A DNA stretch of 64,000 nt from Octopus sinensis (Eukaryota), in the NCBI RefSeq assembly GCF_006345805.1, contig NC_043010.1:21390001-21454000 (forward strand), given 5' to 3'. This document shows positions 31,351-45,395 of this stretch, in pieces; within the stretch, counting starts at the first letter, position 1; every line of letters starts with the position of its first letter. The translations under genes and the position numbers were made by a program. The notes under the pieces are model-generated. The model was given only the letters and a program-made list of their open reading frames with translations. It was not told the DNA's origin and did not search any database.

Positions 31351-33078
31351 GAAAACGGAAGCATTTGGTGAAACTTCGGCTTCAAAACGGAAATGAAATA
31401 GAATAAACAAGCAACAAGCACGCTAACATTAACGGCTGCCCACTTTTATAAAGGGCAAAACAATCGAAACTGACAGCGAGATCAAAGCAACTGGATATAA
31501 CTATTAAGGACTGGAACGAAAATACCGGCGAGTTGAGGGGCATCACGATTCCTTCGGAACCATAAAAAGAAAACACACGCACACACACAACAACCAACAA
31601 AAAATGCTATTCGACACGGAGGAGGAGTGGGGAAACTGTCAAAAAACCCAACGATCTCCAGACTGAAATGAACAGGATATGGGCATAGAAATAACAATAT
31701 CAATAATAATTGGAGTACTGAATATGATAAAAAAATATGGATAAACAACATTCACCATAGCAGAGTTCACAGTGTTATAAGTAGTCGAAAAAATATCTCT
31801 GTTTTCTAAACTTCTTATCTTTTGTATCAAATTTACAATTCAATTATACTCCTCAATCATTGTCCTCTCTGAATATAATACGTACACTGTACAATAGCAG
31901 CCGAATGAAATAATACAATCTACACAACACATGCATTACATCATGGACACCGAGCAAAGCAACACAATACACACTCATACATCACCAACACCCCGATACT
32001 ATAACAATAGCAACATTTTAAACTCAAGTCGCACATTTTCGACTCATTGAAAGGATTGGTGGACTGTCGGCTCTGTTCTTCACGCAGTAACACGTGCTAA
32101 CGTAGATCTGTAGGTCTGCAGTATTCAGAAATTAAACAAATGCATAGCGGATAGATTGATCACGACTCAGGCAGGTCAGACTGCGGGCCCTCCCGTTCCT
32201 AGCGTGCTTATTCCGGACAGGTAATACTCCTAATCTGTTAACCACAATGCCGATTAAAAGATTTCATTTGGTTTTCGTTAACACCAAATTGATTCTTTAA
32301 GAATGTTGTCCATAATATGAATATGAACTTTCCACCAACTGTAACGCTCTACTGGTAGAATTCTGTGAAAGTCGCATGATATCCAGGTGCAAAAGGCCTG
32401 ATATTGATGTATAGCATTTCCCAAAACTGCAGATGTATCAAAGAAGGAATTAATTGGCAAGTGTGTTTTATAAAGAGCAAACAATTTGTCAGATTAATTG
32501 CACTGATAATATATTTGTCCCACTTAATATACAGACGGAAACCTTAGATAACGAGCAGTTGCCCCTTCAAGTATTGAATAGCATTTGTGCTATATTTTAC
32601 TGGTAAATAAATAATGGAGGTTAAATTCTTTACATGCCACTGGAATAGATTTACCTTATAATGATAATATAAAACCATGAGACTCAAGAAATGAAACGTA
32701 TAAATATCTGGGAACATGGAAAGTCAGAAAATTAAAAGTGTAGAAGTGAAGCCGTCACGAAAAAATACTTTCGCGAGGTAAAGATTTTAAAATTAAATTC
32801 AAGACGGTAACATCGTACAAGTAATACACCCGAGTGAGGTATCACTAGTAGTCCATGAAAGAGAAATGATTGAACGGAAAAAGAATGAGCTGAAGGGTAT
32901 CGATAGAAAGAAAACCCAGAAGCATTTACGATGCACAAAAGCATACGTCCCTGTACCGACTAATTATAGTGGAATAAAACAGAAAGAGGTGGAAAGAGAA
33001 TGAATGATGAAGATGTGGTGAGGTGGAATCTGGAACATAAGAAGAAACACACACACACACACGCACACACATATATAT

Positions 33079-33122
<44 letters not shown>

Positions 33123-35588
33123 ATATATGAGTGTGTGTGTGTGTGTGTGCATCCACAATGTCTGTATGCATGTGTGTAACAAATCCTAAGTCAGAACTGA
33201 CATTTACATATTACAAAACTCGCCGTAGCTTAAACAACAATAAGACTTTAAGCAGAGTATTTGTGTAATTCTTCAGGGCGGGATCTGGTGTGATGCAGAA
33301 AGACTAACCCACAGTATAGTTTTTAAAATCTCTACCTGACTCTCGTTCTTTTAAGGATCAATGGCAGGATGAACGCCTAATATTATTTGCGCAAAGTTAA
33401 GATTACTAGATTGATCGATATTTCAATTAAAGATAGTTACACGATGTGGTGTAAAAAAATTCCCTGTTTAATTTATTTAAACATAAAACTTGTTTTGTTT
33501 CACAAATATTTACTTGGCATTCTATTCTATGAACATTTAAAGAGAAAAGAATGATAATCGCAGTATTAAACATTCGGTTTTGGAAAGGGTCAATCGTAAG
33601 AAACCAATATTATACTGTCGATCTTCACTACCAGACTAGTTTTATCCTCATATGAAAGTCCATATCTATATTCATGCCGCTTATACCCTTGAGAATGTTC
33701 GATTCTCTTAATACCACAATCTTCATGGTTACTTATGAAAATCTTATCTGAATGTATGTTTCGCAGCATTAAGTTTTCGGTAAACCGAGTTATCCATCCG
33801 ATATTTGTTTTTAAGCTGCAACCATTTTGTTGTATCCAAGGTCCGTTAACAATATTTGAATATTGCAAGTGTATTTACAGTATGTTGTCTTTCCCTGTTA
33901 TATTTCATGCCTAACCACAAACATCTTATGGTCGATAAAACATGAACTATGAAGGATTGTGGTCAAATCGTTTAGTACCAGAGGTAACACTCACCTACTC
34001 CACTAGATAGGTATCGGAAAATATATTAGATGTGTAAAAACTGACGGTGTAAGAAGAGAAAAGCAATTATTTATTTAAATGTTATATTGATGATAAAGAC
34101 TTCAATAAAGGTGTAATAGAGATTATCAATATTAAAAACACAAGAAAATGACTTAAATTACACAATATATGTGAAATGCTGTCTTCAGATATGGTATTGC
34201 TATGGAAACGAAAGAGGCGAAGCTTAGATTAATGAGACTAAGAGAACTTGAAAGATGTGTGGCCTTAAATGTGAAAGCCTTATCAAGCGTTTCTTACTTT
34301 CTTCTCCTTTGCTTGATCCTCTGTTGCGTCTCTTTATTTTAAGTTCTTTCGCTCCGCTGGAGACTGTAACATCTCCCTATCTGTAGAACGTGCTGAAAAG
34401 GAACTGTTATAACGTGACATTAATTGTCTATCGAAGCATAAAAGATCAGAACCATCGTCTATATTCCTGTACGGAAGATAACCACAATGGTCATTGAAGC
34501 ATGATGATAATGAGACTTGCTTCTTCAGAACGATATCGAACACGCTAGCTTTCAGGTAGATTTGCTACAAGCATCTATTTCCTCGGTTGAATGATACTTC
34601 AAGTTTTTGACACATATCTTCCAATAAACATCTTGTTCTGGTTCTCTTACATTACAAGAATAAACAGTTCGCATGTGATTGATGTACATGTGAAGCGTAA
34701 GTGAGAATGTTTTAGAAATATATTTATGTCCATATAAAATTTAGCAATACAGCTTTTAAGTCTGAACATAAACACAACATGATATAACATAACAACATGC
34801 TTTATCGTAAATCTATAATAAAATAGAAAATAGAAACAGTTTAAACAGTTCAACTTAAAATCACAACAAAACACTTCACACATTTAAATCGTGGTTTTTC
34901 GATATTTGCAGTTTGTAGTTTGTTGCAGTAAACGATAACATTTTTCTATATTTGCACTCCATTTGAATAATTTAATATTTTCCACTCGCCTAGGTTAGCT
35001 AGGTAGATTTTAGATCGCGAGATTTAGTTTGGTAAATAAACATTGAAAGAAATAAGTATGATCTTCCTGTAAATGATTCCTAAGTGTCAAGTAAATCTGT
35101 TATCTTAATCAGGATATTTGATAATGGTACAGTCAAAATCTAATCTCTTCCACATTTCAAACAAACGCCGAAACGTATATAGATTAGTATATCACAGGCA
35201 AATTTAATTCTGAAAAAGTGCCATGAGTATGTCACCTTCTGTATATAATTCACATATATCATGAATGTTAACGTTCGCTTTTATTTTTTTACTCGAACAG
35301 GGAAAAATTCTATAGTGTTCCACAACATCTAAGCATCTATAAAAATGTAATTATCATGTCTAAAACCGAAAACGCCTCTGGGAAAAAAAATCCTTTAAAA
35401 TGGTATCCGCGTAAAATACTACGGCAGTTACTCCTATAGGATTCTAAACAGAATTTAGCAACAACCTATTCTATTTATATATATATATATGTATCTATGC
35501 ATACATAAACACTACACTCTCATTGCACACTAACACACATGTGCATAAACATGCACACGCATAGAGAAACACACAGACATATATATAT

Positions 35589-35639
<51 letters not shown>

Positions 35640-36569
35640 TCACACATATATGTACCTATATTTATATGCATACACTTACATAAACATGAACAGAGCATAG
35701 AAAAGAAGAAAAATGAAAAGCAAAGTACGATCTCAAAAGATAAATAGGTTGCTATAGAAAATAACTCGACCTATTCATGTTTATTAAACTATTTCAAAAA
35801 CACTTCCCACACATTCACATATATCACAAAATCTCGAGCAAAAACACACGAAACTTTTACAAAAAACAATTTCTAGCTGATATCAGATAATCCTTATTGT
35901 TCCAAACTTTCAACCCAGGCAGATATTTCTCTTTTCTCAGTTTCTCATTCTTGTAAGAGAAACAAAACAACTCCCAATTCTCTTGCGGTAAAATGTATGT
36001 GAAAATAACAAATATATTTTTGCTACAGGAAACAGCAACTCTACTGCCATGTCTTGCATATGCCTTTCGGCTAGGCTCGGCTAAGACCTTTCTAAATCGA
36101 CTTCTTAAACCGTACACTGATCCGTGATCCTAATAAGAATTCACTAGATCATACTATTTTCTTAAACGATATTTCATGAACAAAAGAAAAAAAAAATCCA
36201 TTTTCTCGATCCAACTCTTTCGAGATACTTTGCTACAACTTAAAAATGCTCAACAAGCCTCTCAAGCTAATTTCCTTATGTAAGAGGGATTGAACATTCG
36301 CAGGTACTGATGGTATTTTCAAATTGGTGATTCACTCTCTCTAAACAAATTAGAGATTAAAGACACATCACCTCCACAAGACGTTCGCTATAACCAAGCT
36401 GAGTTTACGCTATTAATTCCACAAATTTTAGTTACATTAACTTAGTCAAAACTACACACTTCAACGTTAGAAATAAAAAGATTCTGGCAAAGATCGCTTA
36501 TATTTTAACAGCGAAACGACCTCTAAACTTGTACACTGCCGCTTCACATCGTGAAGATAAACTGATACA

Positions 36570-37030
36570 TTCTTTTCTACTCTAGGCACAAGGCACCCAA
36601 TCTTTTTTTTTGGCGGGATCCCAGTTGATTAGATCGATTCAGTACGCAACAGGTACTTAATTTATCGACCCCTAAAGGATGAAAGGCAGGGTTGACCTCG
36701 GCGGAATTTGAACTCAGAACGTAAGGACAGACGAAATACCGTTAAGCATTTCGCCCTGTGTGCTAAGGACTCTGCTAGCTCGCCGCCTAGATAGACTGAT
36801 ATGTTACAGGTTTTTCTTTTGTAATATTAATAACACTCTCTCCCCATTTGAAGGCGACGAGCTGGCACATTGTTAACACGTGGGACAAAATGCCTAGCAA
36901 CATTTCGTCCGTCTTCACATTCGGAGTTCAAATTCCACCAAGGTCGACTTTGCCTTTCATGCTTGCGGGTTGGATAATAAGAGTACCAATTAAGCACTGG
37001 CGTCAATGTAAACGTCTTACCTCGACTTTG
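36570..37030. mobile_element. Head-to-head SINE family B pair (minus 36570-36788, plus 36850-37030)
   Basis: Both copies show the head, B box and central domain, in opposite orientations. Confidence 0.8.
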
Positions 37031-37356
37031 CTGGCGTTGTGTCACTAATTCAAATCAATATCACGCACCAATTTGAAGATGATGAGGCGGTATTTAGTCC
37101 GTCATTACAATCCTAGTTCAAAGTCACCAACTGTTGCCTTTTCCGGTCAATAAAATAAGTACCACTTGTACACTGGGGCCAATGTAATCGACTTACCTCC
37201 TTCCCCAAAATTGCTGGCCTTGGGGCAAAGTTTGAAACCAATATTTCTTAATACTTGTCCCTCATGTTTTGCCTTTATCCTTGCTTTCATTATGATCATG
37301 TCTTTCACAATACACGTATGTATGTCTGTATGTATGTATGTCTCTCTCTCTCTTCC

Positions 37357-37400
<44 letters not shown>

Positions 37401-37457
37401 ATATACATGCATACATACACATATATATATATATCTGTATATACACATACATACATT

Positions 37458-37496
<39 letters not shown>

Positions 37497-37499
37497 TGG

Positions 37500-37970
37500 C
37501 ACAGCGGTAGCTGTGAGGTAAGATGTGTACTTCTCGACATGGTTACGAGTTCAGTCCCACAGCGTGACAGATTGAGCAAACTGTTCACTTCTATAGTCTT
37601 GGGCCAACCAAATACTCGTGAGTGGAGTGAATTTGATAGTCTGTAACTGAAAGAATCTCATCGTACGTGAACGTCAGTGTCTGTGTGTGGATGTATACAT
37701 GTATGTGTGTGGATGTATACATGTATGTGTGTGGATGTATACATGTATGTGTGTGGATGTATACATGTGTGGGTGTTTGTCATTAACACTGCTTCACAAT
37801 CGACATTGGTATCTTTATATCTGCATAACTTAGCGGTTCAGCAAAGAACAAGGGCCAGATTCAAAAATTAAAAGGATGGAAAAATAGCCAGTTCAGTCGA
37901 TTCGTTCCACTAAAATTCCGCAATGTGGTGCCCCTGCATGGCTGCAGTCTTATGACTGAAAGAAGTAAAT
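37500..37970 (+). mobile_element. Degraded SINE family A with an internal 22-bp minisatellite (37682-37771)
   Basis: Family A head and tail are present; GTGTGTGGATGTATACATGTAT repeats about 4 times in place of the internal microsatellite. Confidence 0.65.
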
Positions 37971-37997
37971 ATATATACATACATACAGATATTCATA

Positions 37998-38155
<158 letters not shown>

Positions 38156-39060
38156 CATATATATATATATATATATAGAATATGAGAGGTTTAGTTCACT
38201 GGTGATCTAAACGAATAGCACGCTGCCTAAGCTCTATAATTGGTCATACGTTAGATTCCAAGTTCACAGCTGAGGCTGGAGCTTAGGATCCGTAGTAGGC
38301 CACCGAGTGAGCAGGTATATTTTAGAGGAAGGAAAACAACAAAAACAAAGGCGGGACGAGTATCTCAAGTCATATATATATATATATATATATTGTTATA
38401 TTTCGGAATGGTCATATTGCCAGTTTAGCCAATAAAAACACACGCACTATATATTTGGTGTTATTTTGCTTCAGTGATATTTATTTTTTACATTAATCTT
38501 AATCTTATTTCGGCCAAAGTTCTTTCGTCACACTCCTGTGACCGCATCAGTGGTCCTTTGTTTTCTTCTCACTTACTTGTGTCTCTCCTTACTAACCGTC
38601 AGCCATTTTGTATTTCTATTGTATGTCTTCATTTGCGCATGCTTATATCTCTATGTGCGTCTATGTTTATTTAGTGTGTGTGTGGGGGATGCCTGTAATA
38701 TTTGTATCTTCTGGTTATATACATTCTTGTAATTTGTATTTTGTTTTTGTTGTTGTTGCTTTTGTTCTAATTTTGTTCATGTGTTTACATCCACCCATTA
38801 TTATCATTACATATGCTTGTATGTATGTATAACAACAATATTAGTAATAATAATAATAAATCTAATCGAAAAAAAAAAAAAGAATATACATATACATATA
38901 TATACATACACATACATATACATATATATATATATACATATATACACACATATATACACATATACATATACATATATATACACATACACATATATATAGA
39001 TATTCATTTCTATTTCTTTAATTACCTGTGTATTTATTATGTTTGCAGGATCCACTATTG

Positions 39061-40966
39061 TCATATGTTGTGGTGTGCGCTATTGCTCCATTCTAGTTTT
39101 CTATTCAGGCTAGGTTTATTTTCTATTATATGTGTAGCTTCTGTAATTTGTCTAATTGTTGCATCTGTTCTATGTGTGGACAATATCTTAATCTCTATGT
39201 TATTGTTTGATCCCCGTGTTCTTGTTCGGCATGTTGGTACAGAATCGATGAGCTTTTACCTTCCTTGAGTTGTCTCCAATGTTCATTCACCCGCTCACCA
39301 ATGCTTCTTGCAGTTTCCCCTACGTATGTTACTGTCTTGTTACTGCATCGTCCCTCTGTGCATCTTATACTATAGACCACATTTCTGGCTTTACAGTTCG
39401 TTTGTGAGCTAAATCTACATACAGTGCAATAGTTATCCGTACAGAGAGTTCTACTAAAAGGATAGCTTCTACCAATTATAGATCTGATAGGGTTGCCTGG
39501 CTTTTCAACAACCTTAATTCTTAGTTTAAGTTTATCTAGGGTCCTTCTAAAGCGGTACGCTAGTTCACCTCCAGGGGTGGTGTCAACGAACATGACACTC
39601 TGGTATTTATGGCTATCATACCAAGAGTTGGCCTTCCCTATTTTCTTTTTTGTCCTTTCTATAGTGTTCCATGACTTGTTCCTATAGAGTGGGCAAATCC
39701 CATTCCTATCATTACATAATATATTATCAAATTTCTTCATGGCTCCTTTGTATACTCTGATCCTTTCTTTATGGCTGTAACCTGAGAACTGCATGCGGTG
39801 AATGAAATACTGTATGTGTCTCTTTAATTCTGTAGGCTCGCACATGCGTGACACATTTCTCATTATTCTGACGAGGTCTGCCATCAAAATATTGAATTTG
39901 GCATTGCCCGCAATGGCTGAGTTCCGGTGGATCAGGTATTTTGAGGCCATAGGTTTTGCATAGTATGAATGAAGGATTTGGGTTTTATTTTTCACAATTT
40001 CTAGCCAGAGTTCAGTGTCTAGTACTGGTAGTCTATGGTTGGGGTGTTTAGTGGGGTAGTCTATTGTGACCTTAATACTCTGGTGGATGGAGTTAGCTAT
40101 TTGCTGGATGCTCTCCATAGTATTAGTTTCTATTACTATATCAACAGTACTCTCTTGTGGGGGTGCCTTTACTACTATATTGATATCATCAACATAGCGA
40201 GAGTACATGTTTACGAGTATGGATTTCTGCAGTAGGCATTCTTTAAGCCTTCTGTCCCACCATACCATGAAGAGGTTGGCCACATCACCAGCGATACTAA
40301 TACCGATGGCTGCCCCCTCGTCCTGGGCATATATTTTATTATTAAATTTAAATGTGTGGCCTTTTAGGGTAACTCTTATACTAGCTCCTAGTGCATGTGC
40401 GATCATTTTCTTTACCTGATGGACATTTGCGGGGCTCCGTATGGCTCTGGTCCATCCGCGCCATCTTTCTATATGTGTCTTCCTAGCCATAGAAGTAATT
40501 GTAGGCGGTCTACCTCTTAAACATCTACTGGGGCAGAAACTACTAAGATTATGTTTATCTAAGTATTCACTATTATATGTCAGTCTAAGTAGGAGGCCCA
40601 GTTCTTCTGTGTCGACATTACAGAACTCCACCTGGCTCTCGTTGATCATCTCCACGCACTTCTCCACTGCAAAATCTACGTCAATCGATGGGTATAGGGA
40701 TACCACATCCATGCTACCTACTATACATCCTGTCAAGTCACGAGTTTTGCTACAGTCACTGATCCTGCTTAGGAGATCTTCTGTGCTGTCACACACATCA
40801 GGTGACATCCTGATTATAGGGCGTATGATCATTGAGAGGAAGTAGGAGATTCTGTAATTGCTAGCGATATTCGCTCCACAGACTGGTCTTGTTGGTGGTC
40901 CTACTATAGGGTCAGTAAAACCTTTATGGTCCTTGCGAAGTCCATACAGTGCCGGGATATCATTGT
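39061..40966 (-). pseudogene. PLE reverse transcriptase plus GIY-YIG endonuclease (5'-truncated, one frameshift near 39213)
   Basis: LYGLRKDHK, PTRPVC, SMDVVSLYPSI, QDEGAAIG, YSRYVDD, LPVLD, Cys-rich linker CTDNYCTVC...C, VVYSIRC...YVGETARS...RVNEH. Confidence 0.9.
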
Positions 40967-42986
40967 ACAAAAGTAACAACTGTACAGGCACATGAGGAGA
41001 GAGAAAAGGTCCTCAATGCCCACATGATGATGTGGACAATTGTTCTGGGACCTCAGAAACGTACTGCAAAGAATTTCCAAGCCTGGAACAATGATATCCC
41101 GGCACTGTATGGACTTCGCAAGGACCATAAAGGTTTTACTGACCCTATAGCAGGACCACCAACAAGACCAGTCTGTGGAGCGAATATCGCTAGCAATTAC
41201 ATAATCTCCTACTTCCTCTCAATGATCATACGCCCTATAATCAGGATGTCACCTGATGTGTGTGACAGCACAGAAGATCTCCTAAGCAGGATCAGTGACT
41301 GTAACAAAACTTGTGACTTGACAGGATGTATATAGGTAGCATGGATGTGGTATCCCTATACCCATCGATTGACGTAGATTTTGCAGTGGAGAAGTGCGTG
41401 GAGATGATCAACGAGAGCCAGGTGGAGTTCTGTAATGTCGACACAGAAGAACTGGCCTCCTACTTAGACTGACATATAATAGTGAATACTTAGATAAACA
41501 TAATCTTAGTAGTTTCTGCCCCAGTAGATGTTTAAGAGGTAGACCGCCTACAATTACTTCTATGGCTAGGAAGACACATATAGAAAGATGGCGCGGATGG
41601 ACCAGAGCCATACGGAGCCCCGCAAATGTCCATCAGGTAAAGAAAATGATCGCACATGCACTAGGAGCTAGTATAGAGATTACCCTAAAAGGCCACACAT
41701 TTAAATTTAATAATAAAATATATGCCCAGGACGAGGGGGCAGCCATCGGTATTAGTATCGCTGGTGATGTGGCCAACCTCTTCATGGTATGGTGGGACAG
41801 AAGGCTTAAAGAATGCCTACTGCAGAAATCCATACTCGTAAACATGTACTCTCGCTATGTTGATGATATCAATATAGTAGTAAAGGCACCCCCACAAGAG
41901 AGTACTGTTGATATAGTAATAGAAACTAATACTATGGAGAGCATCCAGCAAATAGCTAACTCCATCCACCAGAGTATTAAGGTCACAATAGACTACCCCA
42001 CTAAACACCCCAACCATAGACTACCAGTACTAGACACTGAACTCTGGCTAGAAATTGTGAAAATAAAACCCAAATCCTTCATTCATACTATGCAAAACCA
42101 TGGCCTCAAAATACCTGATCCACCGGAACTCAGCCATTGCGGGCATGCCAAATTCAATATTTTGATGGCAGACCTCGTCAGAATAATGAGAAATGTGTCA
42201 CGCATGTGCGAGCCTACAGAATTAAAGAGACACATACAGTATTTCATTCACCGCATGCAGTTCTCAGGTTACAGCCATAAAGAAAGGATCAGAGTATACA
42301 AAGGAGCCATGAAGAAATTTGATAATATATTATGTAATGATAGGAATGGGATTTGCCCACTCTATAGGAACAAGTCATGGAACACTATAGAAAGGACAAA
42401 AAAGAAAATAGGGAAGGCCAACTCTTGGTATGATAGCCATAAATACCAGAGTGTCATGTTCGTTGACACCACCCCTGGAGGTGAACTAGCGTACCGCTTT
42501 AGAAGGACCCTAGATAAACTTAAACTAAGAATTAAGGTTGTTGAAAAGCCAGGCAACCCTATCAGATCTATAATTGGTAGAAGCTATCTTTTAGTAGAAC
42601 TCTCTGTACGGATAACTATTGCACTGTATGTAGATTTAGCTCACAAACGAACTGTAAAGCCAGAAATGGGTCTATAGTATAAGATGCATAGAGGGACGAT
42701 GCAGTACAAGACAGTAACATACGTAGGGGAAACTGCAAGAAGCATTGGTGAGCGGGTGAATGAACATTGGAGACAACTCAAGGAAGGTAAAAGCTCATCG
42801 ATTCTGTACCAACACGCCGAACAAGAACACGGGGGATCAATCAATAACATAGAGATTAAGATATTGCCCACACATAGAACAGATGCAACAATTAGACAAA
42901 TTACAGAGGCTACACATATAATAGAAAATAAACCTAGCCTGAATAGAAAACTAGAATGGAGCAATAGCGCACACCACAACATATGA
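40967..42986 (+). pseudogene. Second copy of the PLE RT-GIY-YIG ORF with several short indels
   Basis: Same protein split over ORFs 40949-41335, 41562-42677 and 42684-42986, ending ...[20 protein letters not shown]. Confidence 0.9.
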
Positions 42987-43499
42987 CAATAGTGGATCCT
43001 GCAAACATAATAAATACACAGGTAATTAAAGAAATAGAAATGAATATCTATATATATGTGTATGTGTATATATATGTATATGTATATGTGTATATATGTG
43101 TGTATATATGTATATATATATATATATATGTATATGTATGTGTATGTATATATATGTATATGTATATTCTTTTTTTTTTTTTTTTTTCGATTAGATTTAT
43201 TATTATTATTACTAATATTGTTGTTATACATACATACAAGCATATGTAATGATAATAATGGGTGGATGTAAACACATGAACAAAATTAGAACAAAAGCAA
43301 CAACAACAAAAACAAAATACAAATTACAAGAATGTATATAACCAGAAGATACAAATATTACAGGCATCCCCCCACACACACACTAAATAAACATAGACGC
43401 ACATAGAGATATAAGCATGCGCAAATGAAGACATACAATAGAAATACAAAATGGCTGACGGTTAGTAAGGAGAGACAAAGTAAATGAGAAGAAAACAAA

Positions 43500-43544
43500 G
43501 GACCACTGATGCGGTCACAGGAGTGTGACGAAAGAACTTTGGCC
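43500..43544 (+). ncRNA. Variant hammerhead motif (H6) in the PLE 3' UTR; mirrored at 38512-38556 on the minus strand
   Basis: GGACCA CUGAUGCG GUCAC aggagu GUGAC GAAAG AA CUU^UGGCC. Confidence 0.55.
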
Positions 43545-43746
43545 GAAATAAGATTAAGATTAATGTAAAAAATAAATATCACTGAAGCAAAATAACACCA
43601 AATATATAGTGCGTGTGTTTTTATTGGCTAAACTGGCAATATGACCATTCCGAAATATAACAATATCTGTTTCAACACACGACTTCACATAAAAAATCTT
43701 GCACAACAAATATTTAAACGTATATATATATATATATATATATATA

Positions 43747-43946
43747 ATATGTGACAGTTAGTTGGTTGTCATAATAGCGTTTTGTCTTAATAACTGATGA
43801 GATGTCGGAGCAGGCTTCAGCCCCGGTATCCGAAACTCTGAATTTTATTATGACAACCAACTAATTGTCACATATATTTATAGATATATTCCTCTATTTT
43901 ACATAATATCGAGGTCTCATTCATTCTTTTGTTGTCATATTATTAA
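43747..43946. mobile_element. PLE-derived hairpin insert, family H1, with HHR at 43788-43850 (+)
   Basis: Inverted repeat 43747-43776/~43846-43875. UAAUAA CUGAUGA GAUGUCGG...CCGGUAUC C GAAAC UCUGA AUU^UUAUUA. Confidence 0.82.
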
Positions 43947-44072
43947 TATATATATATATGCAAATATACAGATATATATGTGTATACATGTACATATATA
44001 TATACACATATATATGCATATAGATATACATACATACATACATGCATACATACATACATACATACATACATA

Positions 44073-45365
44073 CAAGGGGCGTTCAATAAGTAATGCCCCT
44101 GACCCACTTCCCATAGCAGTAGAGCAACGAAACTTGGCACAGTTATTAGTCTTTTTCTACATAGGAACCACCCAGAGTTACGCGTTTCTCCCATCGTTTG
44201 ATGCATCGCTGGAGACCGTTTTTGTAGAAGACCCCAGCTTGGTCCTCCAACCACGACGTGACTTTAGAAATCAAGGCTGCATCATCTGTGAAATGCTTTC
44301 CTTTCAAAAACAACTTCATGGCTGGGAAAAGGTGAAAATCAGAGGGTGCAAGGTCAGGAGCGTAGGGGGGATGGGGGAGGAGTTCATAGCAGCACGCCTG
44401 TGCTTCTGATCTGGCGACACGCGAGTTGTGGACCGGAGTGTTGTCCTGCAGGAGGAGGATGCCTTTGCTGATCTTGCCCCACCTCTTGATTTTGATAGCT
44501 TCTCTTAATTTCCTCAAAAGTGAAGCATAATAGGCTCCTGTAATTGTGGTACCCGTTGCCAGGAAATCTGTCATCACTACTCCGTCCTGGTCTCAGAAGA
44601 CTGTGAGCATGACCTTGCCAGCGGAGGGCTGCACCCTTACCTTCTTTGGAGGATGTGAGTCACGGTGCTTCCACTGCATTGACTGGGCTTTGGTCTCTGA
44701 ATCATAGTGATGGACCCAGGTTTCATCCTGTGTAATCAGTCTTTTGAAAAATTTTGACTCATTTTCTTGGCACATCTCCAAATTCATCCTCGAGCACTCG
44801 ACGCGTTCTTGCTTCTGGAAAGGTGTGAGCAACCTGAGAATCCATCTGGCAGACACCTTTTGCATATGCAAATGGTCATGAATGATAGTTTCCACAGACC
44901 CGGTACTAATCTTGACCTCATGAGCTATTTGGCGAATAGTTATGCATCGATCTTCCAAAATGGCAGCCTCAACTTGACGCACAGATGCCTCATCAATGGC
45001 AGAAGGGGGGTGACCAGATCTGGGAGCTGTTTCCACAGAGTTCCGACCATGTTTGAATTCACGATGCCAGCGTTTTACAAGGTCATATGATGGGGCATCA
45101 TCACCATAAGTTACTTTCATTTCATCAAAAGTCTCCTGTGGTGTGCTTCCTTTCAAATACAAAAATCGGATCACTGCTCGACACTCAACAGGCTCCGTTT
45201 CACACTTGACTCAGTTCAAACACCTGTAAATCAGAAACCACAATTAGCTCAGAGCTGTAATTTGCCACTTAATCTATAGAGATATACATAATTGCACATG
45301 CAAACTTTCAGCTAGATCAAACAACTGCAAGTGGGTCAGAGGCATTACTTATTGAACGTCCCTCG
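44073..45365 (-). mobile_element. Full-length mariner (Tc1/mariner, D,D34D) transposon
   Basis: ~37-bp TIRs CAAGGGGCGTTCAATAAGTAATGCCCCTGACCCACTT and its near reverse complement; TA target duplication at 44071-44072 and 45366-45367. Confidence 0.95.
44146..45198 (-). pseudogene. Mariner transposase, ~350 codons, inactivated
   Basis: Probable start ATG>ACG at 45198 and in-frame TGA at 44593-44595. Motifs WILRLL, TQDETW, LLQDNTPVH, HPPYAPDLAPSDF. Confidence 0.92.
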
Positions 45366-45395
45366 TACATACATACATACATATATATATATATA

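Larger units (their letters stand above)
38390..43720. mobile_element. Penelope-like retroelement as a 5.3-kb palindrome of two 5'-truncated copies
   Basis: Left arm 38390-40966 is the reverse complement of right arm 41088-43666. A 121-nt spacer continues the right ORF upstream. The right copy has an extra 54-nt tail (43667-43720). (TA)n on both sides. Confidence 0.93.

Noticed and set aside
44146-45198. SETMAR-like domesticated gene
   Set aside because: Intact TIRs and TA duplication, lost start codon, in-frame stop and no SET domain indicate a dead transposon copy.
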